A stretch of DNA of 64,000 nt from Trichoplax adhaerens. Lineage: Eukaryota; Animalia; Placozoa. Below, piece after piece: positions 1 through 15,500 of this stretch; position 1 is the first letter of the stretch; every line of letters starts with the position of its first letter. The notes below the pieces were generated by a model that made no database searches, was not told where the DNA came from, and was given only the letters and a program-made list of their open reading frames with translations. The DNA lies in assembly GCF_000150275.1 (NCBI RefSeq), contig NW_002060949.1, forward strand, positions 5,141,006 through 5,205,005, read 5' to 3'. The position numbers were made by a program, and so were the translations under genes.

Positions 1-62
1 TGGAAAATTGTCCTTATATAATTTCTCAATTTCATCTTCTGATTGTTAATCTATCATTATAG

Positions 63-175
63 AAGAGGAAATGATCAACAGTCCATTCGAAACTAGATCG
101 GATAGTTTCTATTTTGTTGATAATAAATTGGTTATGCATAACAAAGCGGATTATTGCTATAATGCTGAAATGTAA
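63..175 (+). CDS. UNC119: UNC119 (lipid-binding carrier for myristoylated cargo), terminal coding exon only; the rest of the gene lies upstream of the window
   Basis: After the acceptor attatAG (61-62) the frame reads [37 protein letters not shown] (TAA 173-175). This matches the conserved UNC119 C-terminal motif [22 protein letters not shown]. It is too short for the ORF track. Confidence 0.93.
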
Positions 176-3100
176 ACGGGTAAATGATGGCAAGAAAGAG
201 GAAGTGCATTTCTATTTTCCTGCCCAATATACACCAGCAGCCAGCTGGGAGTAGAATTAATTCATAAAATTGCGTATGACAGTATTTGTAATATGTGATA
301 AGTTTGTTTTCAAGCATTATCTTTCCGTATCTCTTATAGTACAATAAGCATTCCTTATTCATTGATTATTATTTTAGTTAGATTAAATTAAAAGCCAGCA
401 AATTTTCGTATCAGTAGTCATCAAGATAGTTGATTTTTTATCTTTAATGCATATTATATTGTATACCATGCTTATCAGCTAGTTATTAACCAAAATTATT
501 ATCAATTATGGTATTATAACACTTATTAATCCATTTGAATTCATTCCTTCGTTAATATTTGATTTAAATAGTCAAGTATTTTGTCAATTTTACTGAACTT
601 ATTAATATCTTTCATATCACTGATGTTATGATACTAATCTTATAAGCATGAAACACGGACGTTATTCTTAGCTACCCTCGTCCTATCAACCTGTCTTTGT
701 CTCTCCATTTCTCCTATTTTACAGTATACGATATAATATAAACACCCAATTATTTAGCAAAATAGATTCCTTGTTACGTTACCCTCTTAACATATGACTA
801 TTAATATTAATTAACTACATGCATATAATTAAATTTGTGCCATATGGCAACTGTGACTTATATCGACTTTTTGTAGTTTGTCAATTTAATGCCCTAGTTT
901 ACAAAGAGATGTTTTTACATCATTTATCATAAAAGGAATGTTATAAAAAATTGTCTACCAAATTATAAAGTAATAGATATTATAACTATTATCATATGTA
1001 ATCATTTCGTTTATGTCTTTTAGTAATTATGATAATTATCTTTACAAGTTGTGATAATGAAGTTGAGTTTGATAACGTTCACGACAAATTAACTTGATGT
1101 AGTATCGTTTATTATAATTATTATAATCATCGTCCTTGTTAGATAAAAACTTTTCGTTTCATCCTATAGCCAGCATTTCAGATATTTAGGTATCTGTAAG
1201 TACTAACATTAGCTGATATTAATTAAACATATAATTATATATACATCATCAAAATAATTGTAAATGAAACAGTAAAATGTTCTCTCTAGATATTATTCAA
1301 TGAATCTTGTCACGGTATAATTTATAATGCATTGCGGGATGAATGAAACCTCAGTACTGTCCTGTAATCTGACTGTTAGATAATGGCCAAGTCAATCTAT
1401 AATTTAATAACAAACAATCGATATACTCTCCAGTACGTCATGAATACTGTACGTAAACATAATAATTTTCATTTGAAGGATGCTCTTAAGTTATTTTTTA
1501 CGAATATCTTACGGAATACTCGCAACATTATGGATAGAAACGTTAGGTTATGGTTAGTTTGTTGAATTATATTAGTCGTCTTGGGCACTACACAAAACAT
1601 TTATATGTATTACTTGATTATTAATATTCTTTAACGTATGGTGCTTATAGCAAGGGACTAATCAAGAAAAAGTTTGTACTCTTTCCTCTCTAAAAATCTT
1701 ATACTATGCTTATCAGCGTATATACCTAAAAGAGGGTTATTCAGTTCAATTCATTTTTACCTACATGACACAGTAATAAACCCATATGTGTTTACAATAT
1801 GTTATGCCAATAGATTGTCTGTAAAATGATTGACTATTTATACGGTCCAGACTATGGTATGGTTATTAACACTCTCAATAGGTATTCTTTAACCTCATCG
1901 ATCCAGCAAAATTACTTCGTAACTTGATATTAAGTACAATTACACTTCAATAACTATTTCAGCACTGATATAATTGGTACTGGTCTACTTTTTATCCCCA
2001 AGTTTTTTATCAACGCGTATATTCTACTTTAATATTAGTTGATTTAGCTCAACTCATGTAAATCGATTTGTTATTGCGAAAAAATTCGATAACCTTCGTA
2101 AATACTTACAAATTAAATGGTTCATTTTGAAATTTAAACACGTTCTATATCACTTTAATTTACTATGAGTGAGTTTTCAGTAGATTATGAAATATAAAAT
2201 GAGCCATATGAAGACAAGATACCTTCAAAATATATATGTCTCTTTTTGGATGCATGTACCTAATAGCCAATACAACTTAGACAACATTACTTGTATTGTA
2301 TAATGATTCTTACATAAGGCTTCAATTGGGAAAACTTAATATTTCATATTAAAGAGCGAGATATTTTAATATGATGATTTGTTAAATTTTGACGCATCCT
2401 GTAGCTTATTCAGCCATCACACGATATTTTATATCCAGCTTTAACATACGTATCTACTAAACTTAGCCATATAATAGAGCGTTGGAGAATGTATTCAATA
2501 ATAGTACTTTTAAATTCACCTGCCGCTACTATCTCGAATGGTAGTTGTCATATTTGTATAAATATGATAATACTTAAATTTTTAGCTTAGAGTATCGCCT
2601 GCAAAACTAAGTTACCCTTATTCATAAATATTTCTCTGAACATATCGTAGATTATTCTGCGGATGATAATACATATAGTCATGCATAAAATCATAGTAGT
2701 TCAAACCTAAAATAACTACTCAATTTGGGTATAAGATTCAACAAAGAGCCCTATTTTTGAAAATAGATTATCATATTGATTAACTCGTAAAATAACTTAT
2801 AACCGTTATAGTTGCTCATATTGCAAGTAATATTAATTCATACGGTACTGATTTTATTTACGATTGCAGACGTTTATAATTATACCTACTACACTAGTGT
2901 ATAAAAATTCTTTCAACTAGAAATTACTGATGTAACTTTAGCAATATCAATCATTTTTCATAAATATACAGCAAAGTGACACAGCAAGAAATAAGATTTT
3001 AAAAGATCAATTAAATGTGTATCCGTCGAGAGTTAATTAGATTTAAATTTTCATGATATCAATTCAAAAGATAAGATTAAATAGAATATTTTTGTATCCT

Positions 3101-3508
3101 GTCAGTTATTACACGCCTAATTTTACAAATACACAGTGTATTCTCAATATTTATGTTTGAAAGTTAAGAGAAAGTAAATTAGGAAATGTTTCGGTCATAA
3201 TCATGACAGGCGCAATAACTTATGTCGAAATAAAGAATTAAAAACTCTAAACTTAAACAGCGAAATTAAATTAGAATGTTTTCTTATGTAGCTATGCCTT
3301 TTATATTTACGAATAGCGGCATAAATGCATATTATATAGAAAGTGAAATAAACATGTCACCATTATATTTATATATACATATACATATATACGATTTAAA
3401 ATGTTGAGCTTTAAAACAAGGTAATAATAAATTAATGCCATATATTAGCCAACATGAAACATATTAAATAATGTTAAATTAAATAAATTTATAAACAAAT
3501 ACTGTATG

Positions 3509-6500
3509 CTAATGGAGCATATTCGGTAAATGATTTGCACCAGTCGCTTCCCTTCCAAGCAAATAGTAAGTTAATAACTTTCCTTTGCCTTTGACAGGTA
3601 TCAATCCTCTGCAAGTAAATTTAAATCCTCTAGTAGCTAAAATTTCTTGAGTTTCTTGAAAAACCTATGGCAGAAAATTATCAATATTAAGTTAATTAGA
3701 GGCTATGCATCATTAATCTAATTATTACTAATAAATCGGATTAATAATATTTAATATATTGAAATAGCTACTAGTTTAATCTGATGCCACTGATACCGTA
3801 GAATTAGAAACTTACTTGAACAGAGCCAGGTTTTCCAGTTGTGTCCATCCTACTAGCAACATTAACAGTATTTCCCCATATATCATAATGTGGCTTATTT
3901 ACACCAATAACACCAGCTACTATAGGGCCAGATGATATTCCTATAATTAAAAAGATAAGCATAGAGTAGCTTATATAGGATCCATTTGAGCATAGTGGCA
4001 TACCAAAAGGCGAATTTCTTCACCTTGTTTGAGTGCTAACTATTATTGTTATGCTGGAATGCAATATATTACTATACTATTTTCATATGCTATATGATAA
4101 TCATTTGCCTAGCAATACCAATATCTATGTTCGTTGCAATATATGAGGCCTCAGTAAATGATCGAGCAATCATGCCAAAGCAATACGTTAACGTCAATTT
4201 AATATATGCTAATAATCTTGCATTATTAATATCATTACTTTTGATATTATCAAGAAAAAGCTATATTGAAAATGAGTTTAACAAGCGTGCTTGAAGTGAA
4301 AGAAAGCTGATGGTTATAGTACTAATTCATTTATTACTTATAAGAAAGCATTGAATATACTCATACGTTAGATCCTTATTATCTGTCTAGACATCACATC
4401 TATTGATATTTAATGAATCTAAATCGTTTCTATTCTAGATATTAAAATAATCTATTGTTGATATTAGAATTTTGGAGAGCGAAAGCATTTGTATTTAAAA
4501 CTTGTAATATTTGTACTTCACTTACCAATTCTTAAGTGAAAGCTATTGAAAGAATTTTCGTTTATTTCTTTTAATTTTTTAATCAAATCAAGCGCAAAAT
4601 CGGCCAAATCAACAAGATGTTGCCACTTGTCTACATTTTCCTATCACAAATAATGAATCAAAAAGTAAAATCATTTAAATTAAATTGTGTGTAGGCTTTA
4701 TACTATTTCATTAAGATTTTAATGTAAAAAGTCAAAATTTTAAAGGTCGAAATAATTAATTACCTCAGGTTCAGGAGCGATTCCAGNNNNNNNNNNNNNN
4801 NNNNNNNNNNNNNNNNNNNNNNNNNNNNNNNNNNNNNNNNNNNNNNNNNNNNNNNNNNNNNNNNNNNNNNNNNNNNNNNNNNNNNNTATAGTAAACAATA
4901 ATATTTTAATAAAGAGCCGATAAAAAGGTACCAAATTGATACAAGTATCTATTTTTTTTAAGATTTTAATATTTCGTTGAGTTCGGATAAGACTTTATTT
5001 CCTTACGTTATCAAAATCGATAATCACTTCATTTAAGAAACGGAGACATTCCTTTCCTTGTACGTTAATTTCATCTTCAGAATAGAAATCTTGAAAATTA
5101 GGTATGGACGCAAACATAACGCCGATTTCGTTATGGGATTCATTATAAATCTCCTATTCACAATTTAAGATCAAAATTGGTAATTACTAATCTGATTTTA
5201 GTATACTTTTGCTATCATATATGTTAAAATATTAATTATAAGTTAAAGTTTAAAATAACCGATATGTAATTCGTAAATATTGGTACTAACTCCTTGACGG
5301 GTTAAGAAATGTTTAGCTACATGAAGTGGCAAAATATTTTGAACCAATAGCTCGTTACGACGCTGTAATTCTTCGACTCCATCTTTCTTTTCTATGGCCT
5401 ATATAATGAAGTAAAATTCTCCATTTATGACCCTGAATATATAAATAAACAATAACAACGAAAACAAAAATTCTAAGATCGCATTTTTAGTTAACCTCTT
5501 TTTTCCATAGAAACAATATTCGAGCTGTAATTTCCATCTATAATGTAAAATATTGAGCGTTAATAAATGTAGCCGATAGTACATTTACGCTTGACGACTA
5601 CATTTGGATTTAATAATATCTATAACATCAACGACTAAAAGTAAATATCTAGACGAAAATTTCGATTTTATTTCCATTACCTGTCTTGTACTACATACTA
5701 AAACGATCAAGGCAACTCCAATATTAAATGTTGATAAATAATTGATTTGTATATAATCAGCATATAACCTATAACCGCAGGCGTGAATAGAATAAACGAA
5801 TTATAATTAACATTGATTTCTAGAATGTTTAAAGTTCAATATATATATAAATATATAGACTATAATATTTCGCATATTATGATCATCGTAACTACTTTAA
5901 AGCTAAGGTAGGATCCGTTCTACTTTACATAACGATAGTGAAAGGAAAGGAAATTGTAAGATAAATTTTAATTTATCAAGCAAGGTACTTTGTACTCCCA
6001 GCTGTCGCTAATGAAATATCGCTCGAGCCGTAGCTAAAACTGCTCTTTCAACCAACTGCCGTAACAGCCAATTTCACAACTTATGCAACTTTATAAAACA
6101 TATGATTACTGCTATCACTTTCTCATAAAGTTGTCAAAAGATAATTAATGACAAATAATAATAACAACTCTGTGGTTACTGTAACTAACACAAGCAGAAA
6201 TCTACTGCCTACAAATTACTTAATACGTATTTTTAATTAAGTTTCTCCTTTCTATCGTGTTTGCACCATGAATACATTTATTCTACATTATATTTGTATG
6301 CATCTAAACAAATTCTATAAATTATATTTTGATAATATCATAAGAAAATTGAGCCTATTTTTAGTCTGACTTACCCATAACTAGAATTATAAACGATAGT
6401 GTCGTAGCATGTAAAAGCGTTCTGAACGGGTATCATAACAACAATAATTGAAGCGGCAGTAATGAGCGTCAAAAGGACTAGTTTAAATTCATAGCTTAGT

Positions 6501-9500
6501 TGAATTAGCGCTGAAACCACCATCAACAGCATAATCATGTTGTACATCGTATACTATATAAGATAGAATTATGAAATGTCAAAAATTAAAATATTAACAT
6601 ATATAGAATTCGGTACAGATTAATGAAATATAGCCATAACTTCATTAAAAGTTGCTTGTTACAAGTAATGGAAAATTTATTACTTTAGCCGTTATATCTA
6701 TCACTCGTGTTATGATTACTTTCTATTTCAACTATCTCATTAATTTATCTATTCCAAAACTAATTTATGGGATTAAACTATACTAAATTTTAGCAATCAT
6801 TAGCAGGATAGCAAGAAGTAGGACATAGCCTAAAATGGGCCATTTATCTGAGTATTGACGAAATAAATGTCTTACACCAATGAATTCCATTACATCTATC
6901 CGAATGTATTTTTAATTAACATCAGTACTATTAATCCTAGGAGTCGAGTGGCTAACAATAACCGGTAAATATAGCTAATTTATAGTAGCATGAAGTAATC
7001 TATCATTAAGTCTAGACTTACAACAGGATGCTTGCAAATATGATTTTGTGTGTAAAATTGGCTATTGTTAAAATAGCAGTTATTGGCGTTGTTAAATTCG
7101 ACAGCTACCGTATTACATTGAATCTAATTAGAAAATAGTACAATTGCAATAAAATTCATAATAAGTCAGAATATTAAACCTAAAATATCAAGCTATAGAA
7201 TCGCAGAAAAGAATAAATAATTTAATTCGATATCTAGGAATAAGAAGTATTATCCCAAACTTACGATTTCTGTCAGTTCGGCTATAAATATAATAACTGC
7301 TGGTAAAGCAGCAAGGAGTGCCGATAGGATTTTACGATTTTCAATATATACCGATAAGTTAACCAACCATCGATAAAATTTCTGCGATAACATTTCCAAA
7401 AATAAACTTATTGATAAATATACCTTCATAAAGTAAGTGAAATCTTATAAACAGAAATTGCCTGTTTTCGATATTATATACCAATAAACACTAATAGTAA
7501 GGCGAAATTCTCAAATTAAGATACAGATTTTCATATAAGTGGATAATAGATGCCTTCAACCACCTACATCAAAATTAATTATAAAGCATTAATTTACCTT
7601 TCGATAATTTGACGCGGCAGTAACTATAACCAAAAATATGTTTATTGCAGAGCCAATAGCAAAAAGAATTGTTCTTGTTAGCGTTCTATATTCCAAGATA
7701 TAAAAGTGAATTATAACGATGTAACTCAGAGAGCTACCAATAAACCATTATTTTCTAAACATACTTAAATTTGAGGAAATTATACCTATACTATCGATGT
7801 TGATAATAATATTACCGTAACTGCCGATTTATGCGTTATTAACTTATAACCATTGTTTAAAACTAGACTAGTCAATTTATAATGTCAAATCTAATAAATA
7901 GACAGTTAAATGAAGGATAAATCGAAATTCATAGCCTAATAACTACATATTTTCTTACATTGGTAGGATAATAGCGCTAACAATAAAACAGGTTACTTGT
8001 ACGATATAACAAGCAATTAATAAAGTGAAACCCATATTTTCTTTTTCACAGTTATAGTTCCTTTCGGTTTCTGTGACTTTAAATCGTAATGTTAACGGAT
8101 TCGAAATTTCTCCACTATAACATTGTACGTAACAAGATATTTATAATCGTGAAATGAAATGCTGTAATTTACTTAAATTATTCAGTTCGATCCTCATTTT
8201 CTAATGTGAATAATGACAGCAAATATGAAATCGATATTTTAAATATCGAAGTAAAAAATAATCTTACTTATCCAGATCTCGATTCTGTAAGTCTTCATCC
8301 AACATCTTAGTTAGCTTGTCTTCATAATCTATCTCTTCTCTAGATTAATAATTATAAACAAAGCATTAAGTATATTATTGTATTTGCGCTTGAGTTCTAA
8401 TCTAAGCTGAAGAGTTAAACTTACGTATGGTGAGCGTTAGAGCCATTGCCACTTTTACTGGAACTTCCATCTAACTTTAAATTTTCTGTATTACATTGCT
8501 TATTCTGTAAAAGTATGATTTTTAATAAGTACAAAATAAAACTAATACTATGATCCTATCTATCCATTGAGATATAGTATGTCAAATCATCAGTTATCTA
8601 ATTTATTAGAAATCATTTAGTAAAGGGATTATCGCGTTATAACAGTGACATTTATGACGACTATCCAAATTTATGCTGATCTTACTCCCTTTGTTTCCTC
8701 CTAAATCCATACAAATACACATTCCTAAATTTAGTACTATAATAATTCAAACGATATTGTATGCTTACTCTTGTATGCTTTCTTCTCTTAATTAAATAGG
8801 TATGAATATTCCTTTGGCGGAGATATTCACTTCTACTACCTCCATTGCCATCCTCAACTTCGTAATCATCTTTTAAATGTTTGTAAGTAGTATCCGTTAT
8901 GTGAATACGCCTGAAAAAATGCATGTAATGATAGATTGAAGTTAATTTGATCGTCTCGAGGGTAGAAAAGATAGAAAAACTTATTGTTTTAAAATTTGAT
9001 AAGATGGATTATTAGATTATAAAACTAAAATATCGTTGCTGATATTGTATTAATGCACGTTATTTATTTACCCTGGAATACCCCCAGCTTCCATATTATT
9101 AGCTAATGTTACATCAGAAGACCAGACGTCGAATTGCCACTTTCTTCTACCCATAACACCGCATAATCCGGCACCAGAATGAATTCCAACTCTCATATCT
9201 AACGATGATACACCAGTTTTCTTTCTTACATCTCTGTAATCAAAAAAGAAAATATTGATATGATTGATATTCTATGGTTTTATCTAATCTAAATAATTAT
9301 ATCGATATTGTAAATCTAGTAACTGCATGCTTTCTTAACCCATTCTCTCAAATTTTAATCCATATTGACTTACGCTATAACACGAATCATAGCTACTCCC
9401 ATTTCAACTGTTAGTTGTGCATGATCTGGTCGTGGATCGGGTACGCCACAAATGCAGTAATAACAATCGCCCAAAATTTTAATCCGCAGGCAGTGATTTT

Positions 9501-12500
9501 CCTATATACCCATATTGATATCATTTAATATTTTACGAATAGTTTATAGATGATGCTGTGAGTTATAAAAATGATATAATAGAATACTATTCGATAGCAC
9601 AATACTAGCATAAACCTATCGCTATAAAGTACTTTAGCAGCAATATACCTATTAAATACAACTAAAATTATACATTCGTCTTAGAATCATTACCAACCTC
9701 AGCTTTTTCATCAAAACTACCGAATAATTCATTGAGTGTCTGTACTAATTGTTGAGCGGTGAAAGTTGAGGACAATTTCGTAAAGCCAACAATATCAGCA
9801 AATAGTATACTATAATTAAGATTATAAATTCAGTATGAAAGTTAAAATTTTTGTTAGCAATTCTATCGATATTTAGTAAATAGAAATATCGCGGACAGAA
9901 GAATGATCAATAATGATTAAATATGGATTATGCTCAGAGTCAAGGTGATTACTAATGGTACGTAATGCTGTATCTTTACAATTTATTTACAACAAGAACT
10001 AGTTATTGATATCTTCTAAATATACGTATATCTTCCTAGACCAAAATGATTACTCTAGCCAATTATCGTTATATCTAAATCTCAGAAAATGGGACTAATA
10101 TTTCATTTATAATCGATTAATATACCAAAACAGATAAAATTACAAATAGATAAAATGTAAAGTCGATATGTTCTGTCAACAACAGACGATACAGTTTTAA
10201 CTAAAACTTAGCTAATTATATGCATTGTACTTAGATCTGCAAATTTATCAGCCAACTAAGCTAATGTATATGAATGGTAGAAATCATCGCAAAAGATAGA
10301 ATTTGTAAACTTTAAGCTTTATTCTGTAAGTGTTATTGTTCTCCCTGCCTTTGCTGGCAATTATAATTTAGTAGACCATAATAACTACATCATGTTTTTT
10401 GCTAGCTACTATACAACTAATCGAAATGATGAATGGTGTATAACAAACACTAAAATCGTAAATGAAAGAAAAAGGTGTTCCTGATATCAAAAAATTAATA
10501 TCCTGAAAGAGTTTTGAATAATATCTATTATTTTAGCGGTTAAACGAAAATTGATAGTGTTGCTAGTACAGTATGATTAGTTTTTCAAATATATCTTCGT
10601 AAATCATGCCAATACCTTATATTTTCGTAGCGTTGAATATAAAAGTGGCTAAACTGTTTCTCTGTCATACCAACTTTTGAAGATGAATTCATATTCCCTT
10701 GTATTTCCATAGCGATGTAACGCGGTAATACAGATGTTAAAAGACGCTCCTAAATCAGCAATTTATCAATTAAAATATTATTCTCTACTAACTCGGAAAA
10801 ATTATATGCAAAATAGGCGTATCCACGTGATTTAACTACCCGTATACAAGTCAGTACAGAAAATCTTATTTCCAGAACATAAATATTTATAATACGAATA
10901 AACTTTCTTTTTAAATTAAAATGGAGCTATTTCATAATATCCAAAAATTACAGTATTTGATAAAATAGAAAAGGTGTATATATAATGATGTGTTTATTGG
11001 AAAGTGGTTATATCAACATCAATTGATAGAATAAAGAAATGATTATTAAAATTTATGAATTATAATTATAATAATACTGTGTGTTGAAAATACTTTACTT
11101 ATCAGTTAAAAAGTATTACATTAATAGCTGGTTTAAAGCAATATGGAATTGATCACGTGTAAAAGTACAATTTATCAAAGTCAGAAATATATCATAGCCT
11201 TTCTGATATTATCAGTGACTATTACTCTAGCTATTGACTTCTCCTAACTAGAAACGAAGAAATAAGTAGTAATCAATCGAAAAATTGATATTGATTTGGT
11301 AATATTGATAGAAGAGAGTTTTCATCAATAGACATCAAATTATAGTAATTCTGTAAACAAGTCTTAATTACAGCTTTAAAATAGTATTATTGCTGACACT
11401 ACAATAATATTAATTAATTCTATCTCGACTTAATTACTTATACATTGAATTGATTATATCATTCAATTAGAAACAATATTCTCCAATATCAATACTATCA
11501 TTCAACAATTGAAAATGTTTAGATACAATTCGATACGTCAATTTTTATTGTTCAAAGAAACATTTCATCTATTAAAATAAAAAAGATTACAACACACCTG
11601 CTGTTTTGACTGTGCTTCCATTTTAACTTTAGCTTCCATAGACATTCGTGTATCTAAGAAGGCAAGACGTTGTTTCTGATCTGATACACTAAAGATAATG
11701 AGGCCAATGACATTGGATCCGATGATGAGGACGATGTTGGCCGTAAGCTAAACAAGTTACAATTATTAATGAAGAGAATTAGATCGGTTCTCCGATTATT
11801 AAATGTTGCATCAAATTAGAAAGAAGTTAGGTATGGATTAAAAATCTTTCTCAATGATGATTGCAGTATCGGTTATTATGTCAAAGTAGCAGCAGCAGTT
11901 AACAAGAATAAAACAAATAAAATTAATACAATTAATCGATATCATTACTAGACTCAATGGAATATTTCTTAATAATTAAAAATGGAGAGAACGTGGAAAA
12001 CAAAATGGACGATAAAGGGATTGACAAAGACTATGATATTAGTTTAGAAAGGTGAAAATTCGAGCAAAACTATAGACAATCATTGTTTTCCAATTGATAT
12101 TTGCTAAATTGAATGATAGCTATGACGTTATTTCTGTTAGTGTAATCGATAATAATAAATAATACCAAGCAGAATTCTACTTCAATGTAGGAATTCCGTG
12201 TAAATAGAATGTAAGAACTAAATAAGTTAATTGATATTTGTTAAATTAAATTGAGGATAGATATTGCGTTACTTCATAGTGGATGATGATGATCAAAATA
12301 AACTATATAGAATGGTTGTTTTCTAGTGAAATGTCATGCAAAGATATGAAACAGAATATGAACAAGTTAACACTAACCTATTTGGACTAGTGTAACTTTA
12401 CGGTCAATAACGTTGATCAAAATGAGCTGAATAGAATGATTGTTTTCTAGTAAAAGGTTATGCAAATATATAGGACGGAATATGAATAAGCTGACACTAT

Positions 12501-15500
12501 CCAATCATGACTAATGTTACTTTATCTGATGTGGTCATTGATAGTGATAAAGATGGTGACTGCTGTAAATTAAAACTATACGAATTAATAATCTACTTAA
12601 AGATGACATTTATGAAAGGAAAAAATGAAAGTATACCAATTAACTGAAATTTACTGAAACAAATTGATGTCGGATATTATGATACTTAGTAGTCAATAAT
12701 GACTAATGTAAAATAGAATAATTGATTTCTAAATTCGGCATCTGGAAAATTAAATTGACTTTCCATGTGACGTTAATTTACCTAGCAAAAGCATTGCTGA
12801 AAGACTAAACCATATGAAAATACTGTTTCTAATTGATATATACTAAATTGAATTAATAAGTAAATCCAAATTATTAATGGCCAATCACCAATGTCATGGT
12901 ATTCTATAAGTCACTCGTTGGTTACGGTTCTATTAGTTACTGTTTTCATTATAAATGCTATACGTATGGATGGATGAAATGTGTTATTAAATGGTACGAA
13001 AAATTGATATTAGGTCAGCTAAATTGATAATAGTATCAAAATTTACTGCGTTAATAACTGTAAAAGACAATATTCTAGTTGATTATAACCTTAGCAAATT
13101 AAAACAGACGCAATAAAAAACATAAACAAATCGATATTAGCAGAATCGATCATAACAAGTAGTCGATAATGTAAGTTAAAACGATTGTTTGACATAATCG
13201 GAAAATTTATGAACAGTCTCATCATAGTATTACATCACAGTTAGACCTTGTTTGCCTATCAGTAAATTGTAACTTGTTGGTTGGATTTAAATGCTTTTAC
13301 TAAGTATTCAGTATGTCAAAATAAGTATTGATAACATCTTAAAAGCGTTTTCAGATTAGTGCATAAATACTAACATTATTGGTATACATACGTATGCGCA
13401 AAACATTGATCGAAAATTTACTCCATTGTAAAGTTGTAACAGTATCTTCAATAATAGGCTAAGCTATGACTTTCATTAAATTAAAATATATCACAATTAA
13501 AATCCAATCATAATAATGAAAGAAGTCGAATCTAGTATATATTAATACGAGAAAAAATGCCACAAGTTAGTGTTTAGATCAGATTTATTCAAAGTTTAGA
13601 GCCTATCATAACACTCTAATATATTTATACCGTTATATTGTTTAGCTAGTAGATTTATCCAGAGTTGGCAATCTATTTTAACCACGCAAAATGTTTTATA
13701 TTATCGTCATGTTTAAGTGAAGATTGATTCCCAATTTGTGCCCTATCTTAATATTTATTTGCTCTAATATTATCATAATGCTTAAATTTTAAGTTTCTAC
13801 ATAATTTGTAATCTATTATAATGGTCCTAGATACTCTCATTTCTTCATAATACCCTTAAGGTGCCCGACTCAATCCTATTCTCTAAATTATAGCTAAGAA
13901 ATTCATAATATAAATTGACTCAGAGAACACAGTCAGTCCAAATGGCTTTACATACTCTTATGTTACTTCGATATCAAGATTATAGCGAACTAATTTATCA
14001 TTTTGTGGTATGTATTGAATTAATTTTTATCATCAAAGTGACAATCTTGAACTATAAAATGATGTCAAAACTGTGAAATCTCAACATATGCTAGAAAGAA
14101 TAAAGAGGTACCCGAATTACTTATTAAATTGCACTCCACCAGTTCTAAATTGTAACACAAAGGAAATAAATTGGATACCTTGGATATAAACTTCAACCAT
14201 TTAGTGGTTGATCAAGGAAAGATAAACAAAGTAACAGCATTAAGTCATTGCAGTCAGTTCTATTTGCTTAATATATTTGATAAAATTTGCTAAATTAATA
14301 TTATAGAATAGAGTTTACGTTTGAAACATCACCGTTTCATATCTCATTGTTTAAATCAGTAAATTAAATAGGTTAGATAAGAGGAAGGAAAAGATAAGAC
14401 TATTAAAAGATACATTGAAATAGTTTTCAATTTTTTTCCCCAGTCAAGTTAATATTGAAAAATAACATACTATGAATAACATAAATAAATGACTTGCGCC
14501 TGTATATTTTAACTTATCGAAAACAAATGTAATCCATGCCGAAATTGATTGAGAATGAAGAAATTATTTTAAATGGAGTAATTGTAGTAAGATTATATCA
14601 GCGCATATCTTTACTTTTTCTATCGAGCTAATGATGGAGGAATAGAAAAAAAGAGATTGCTGTAAATAATGAAATTGACTATCTGTGAGTAAGATATTTA
14701 GAGTTGGTATTGCAGTAAAAATTGAAGCAGGGTTGAAATCGGAATTGTACTTATCTCCATGATAAGCTATCAAATAGCAGGCAAATTAAGCTTATGTTAA
14801 TAATTTACTCAAAAGTATTTTAATAATTGATATTCTTCATTCATGTCTAATTTGGTTTACATCAAAATCAGCTGGAAAATAGAATAAACGAATCATTTTT
14901 TAAAGTAGAAAATGTGGTAAGACTGTAATGATATTTTATACTCGCCGTATCTATGTATAGTTTGCGCATTGATTAGAAATAACAACTTAAATTTTAGCCA
15001 ATATCAGATTTTAATCATGGCAAAATCGACTAAATAAGCCGACGGGGCCGGAAAACATTCAAGGCAAGTATTAAATTAAAATTTTAGTAGCTTTGAATCA
15101 TTCTATTAAGCAATGTTCTATGGAAATCAATTTAAGGGAATGAAGAGTATGATTTTAAGTATCATTAATAAAATAAAATTGTGTCGTATTAACATTTGAT
15201 CATTCTAACAAGCTAATAATTAATAGATGAGGAGTATTATACGTGATAACCATGAATGAAAACCTATTTAGTATTATAGAAGAAACCAAGATCTTCATCG
15301 TGGCCAGTGTTATTTTGTATTGACTCCACTACTCTGTAGTTACAATATAGATACGCGTATGTCAGCTTTAGCCATAATTTAATGGAGACATTAACATTAA
15401 ATGCCACATTAATTCGAATTATTTTCAATCAGAAATTACTATAGAATTTAGAATTTGCTGTAGAGTTTATACTGCTAGTATAATGTACTAGTGAATAGAA

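Noticed and set aside
837-851. RFX X-box-like gtgccatatggcaac between two cilia-related genes
   Set aside because: Only the right half-site (GGCAAC) matches, the spacing is atypical, and it lies 3' of both genes.
8231-8249. Palindrome tcgatattttaaatatcga
   Set aside because: Short and AT-rich; plausible by chance in 64 kb.
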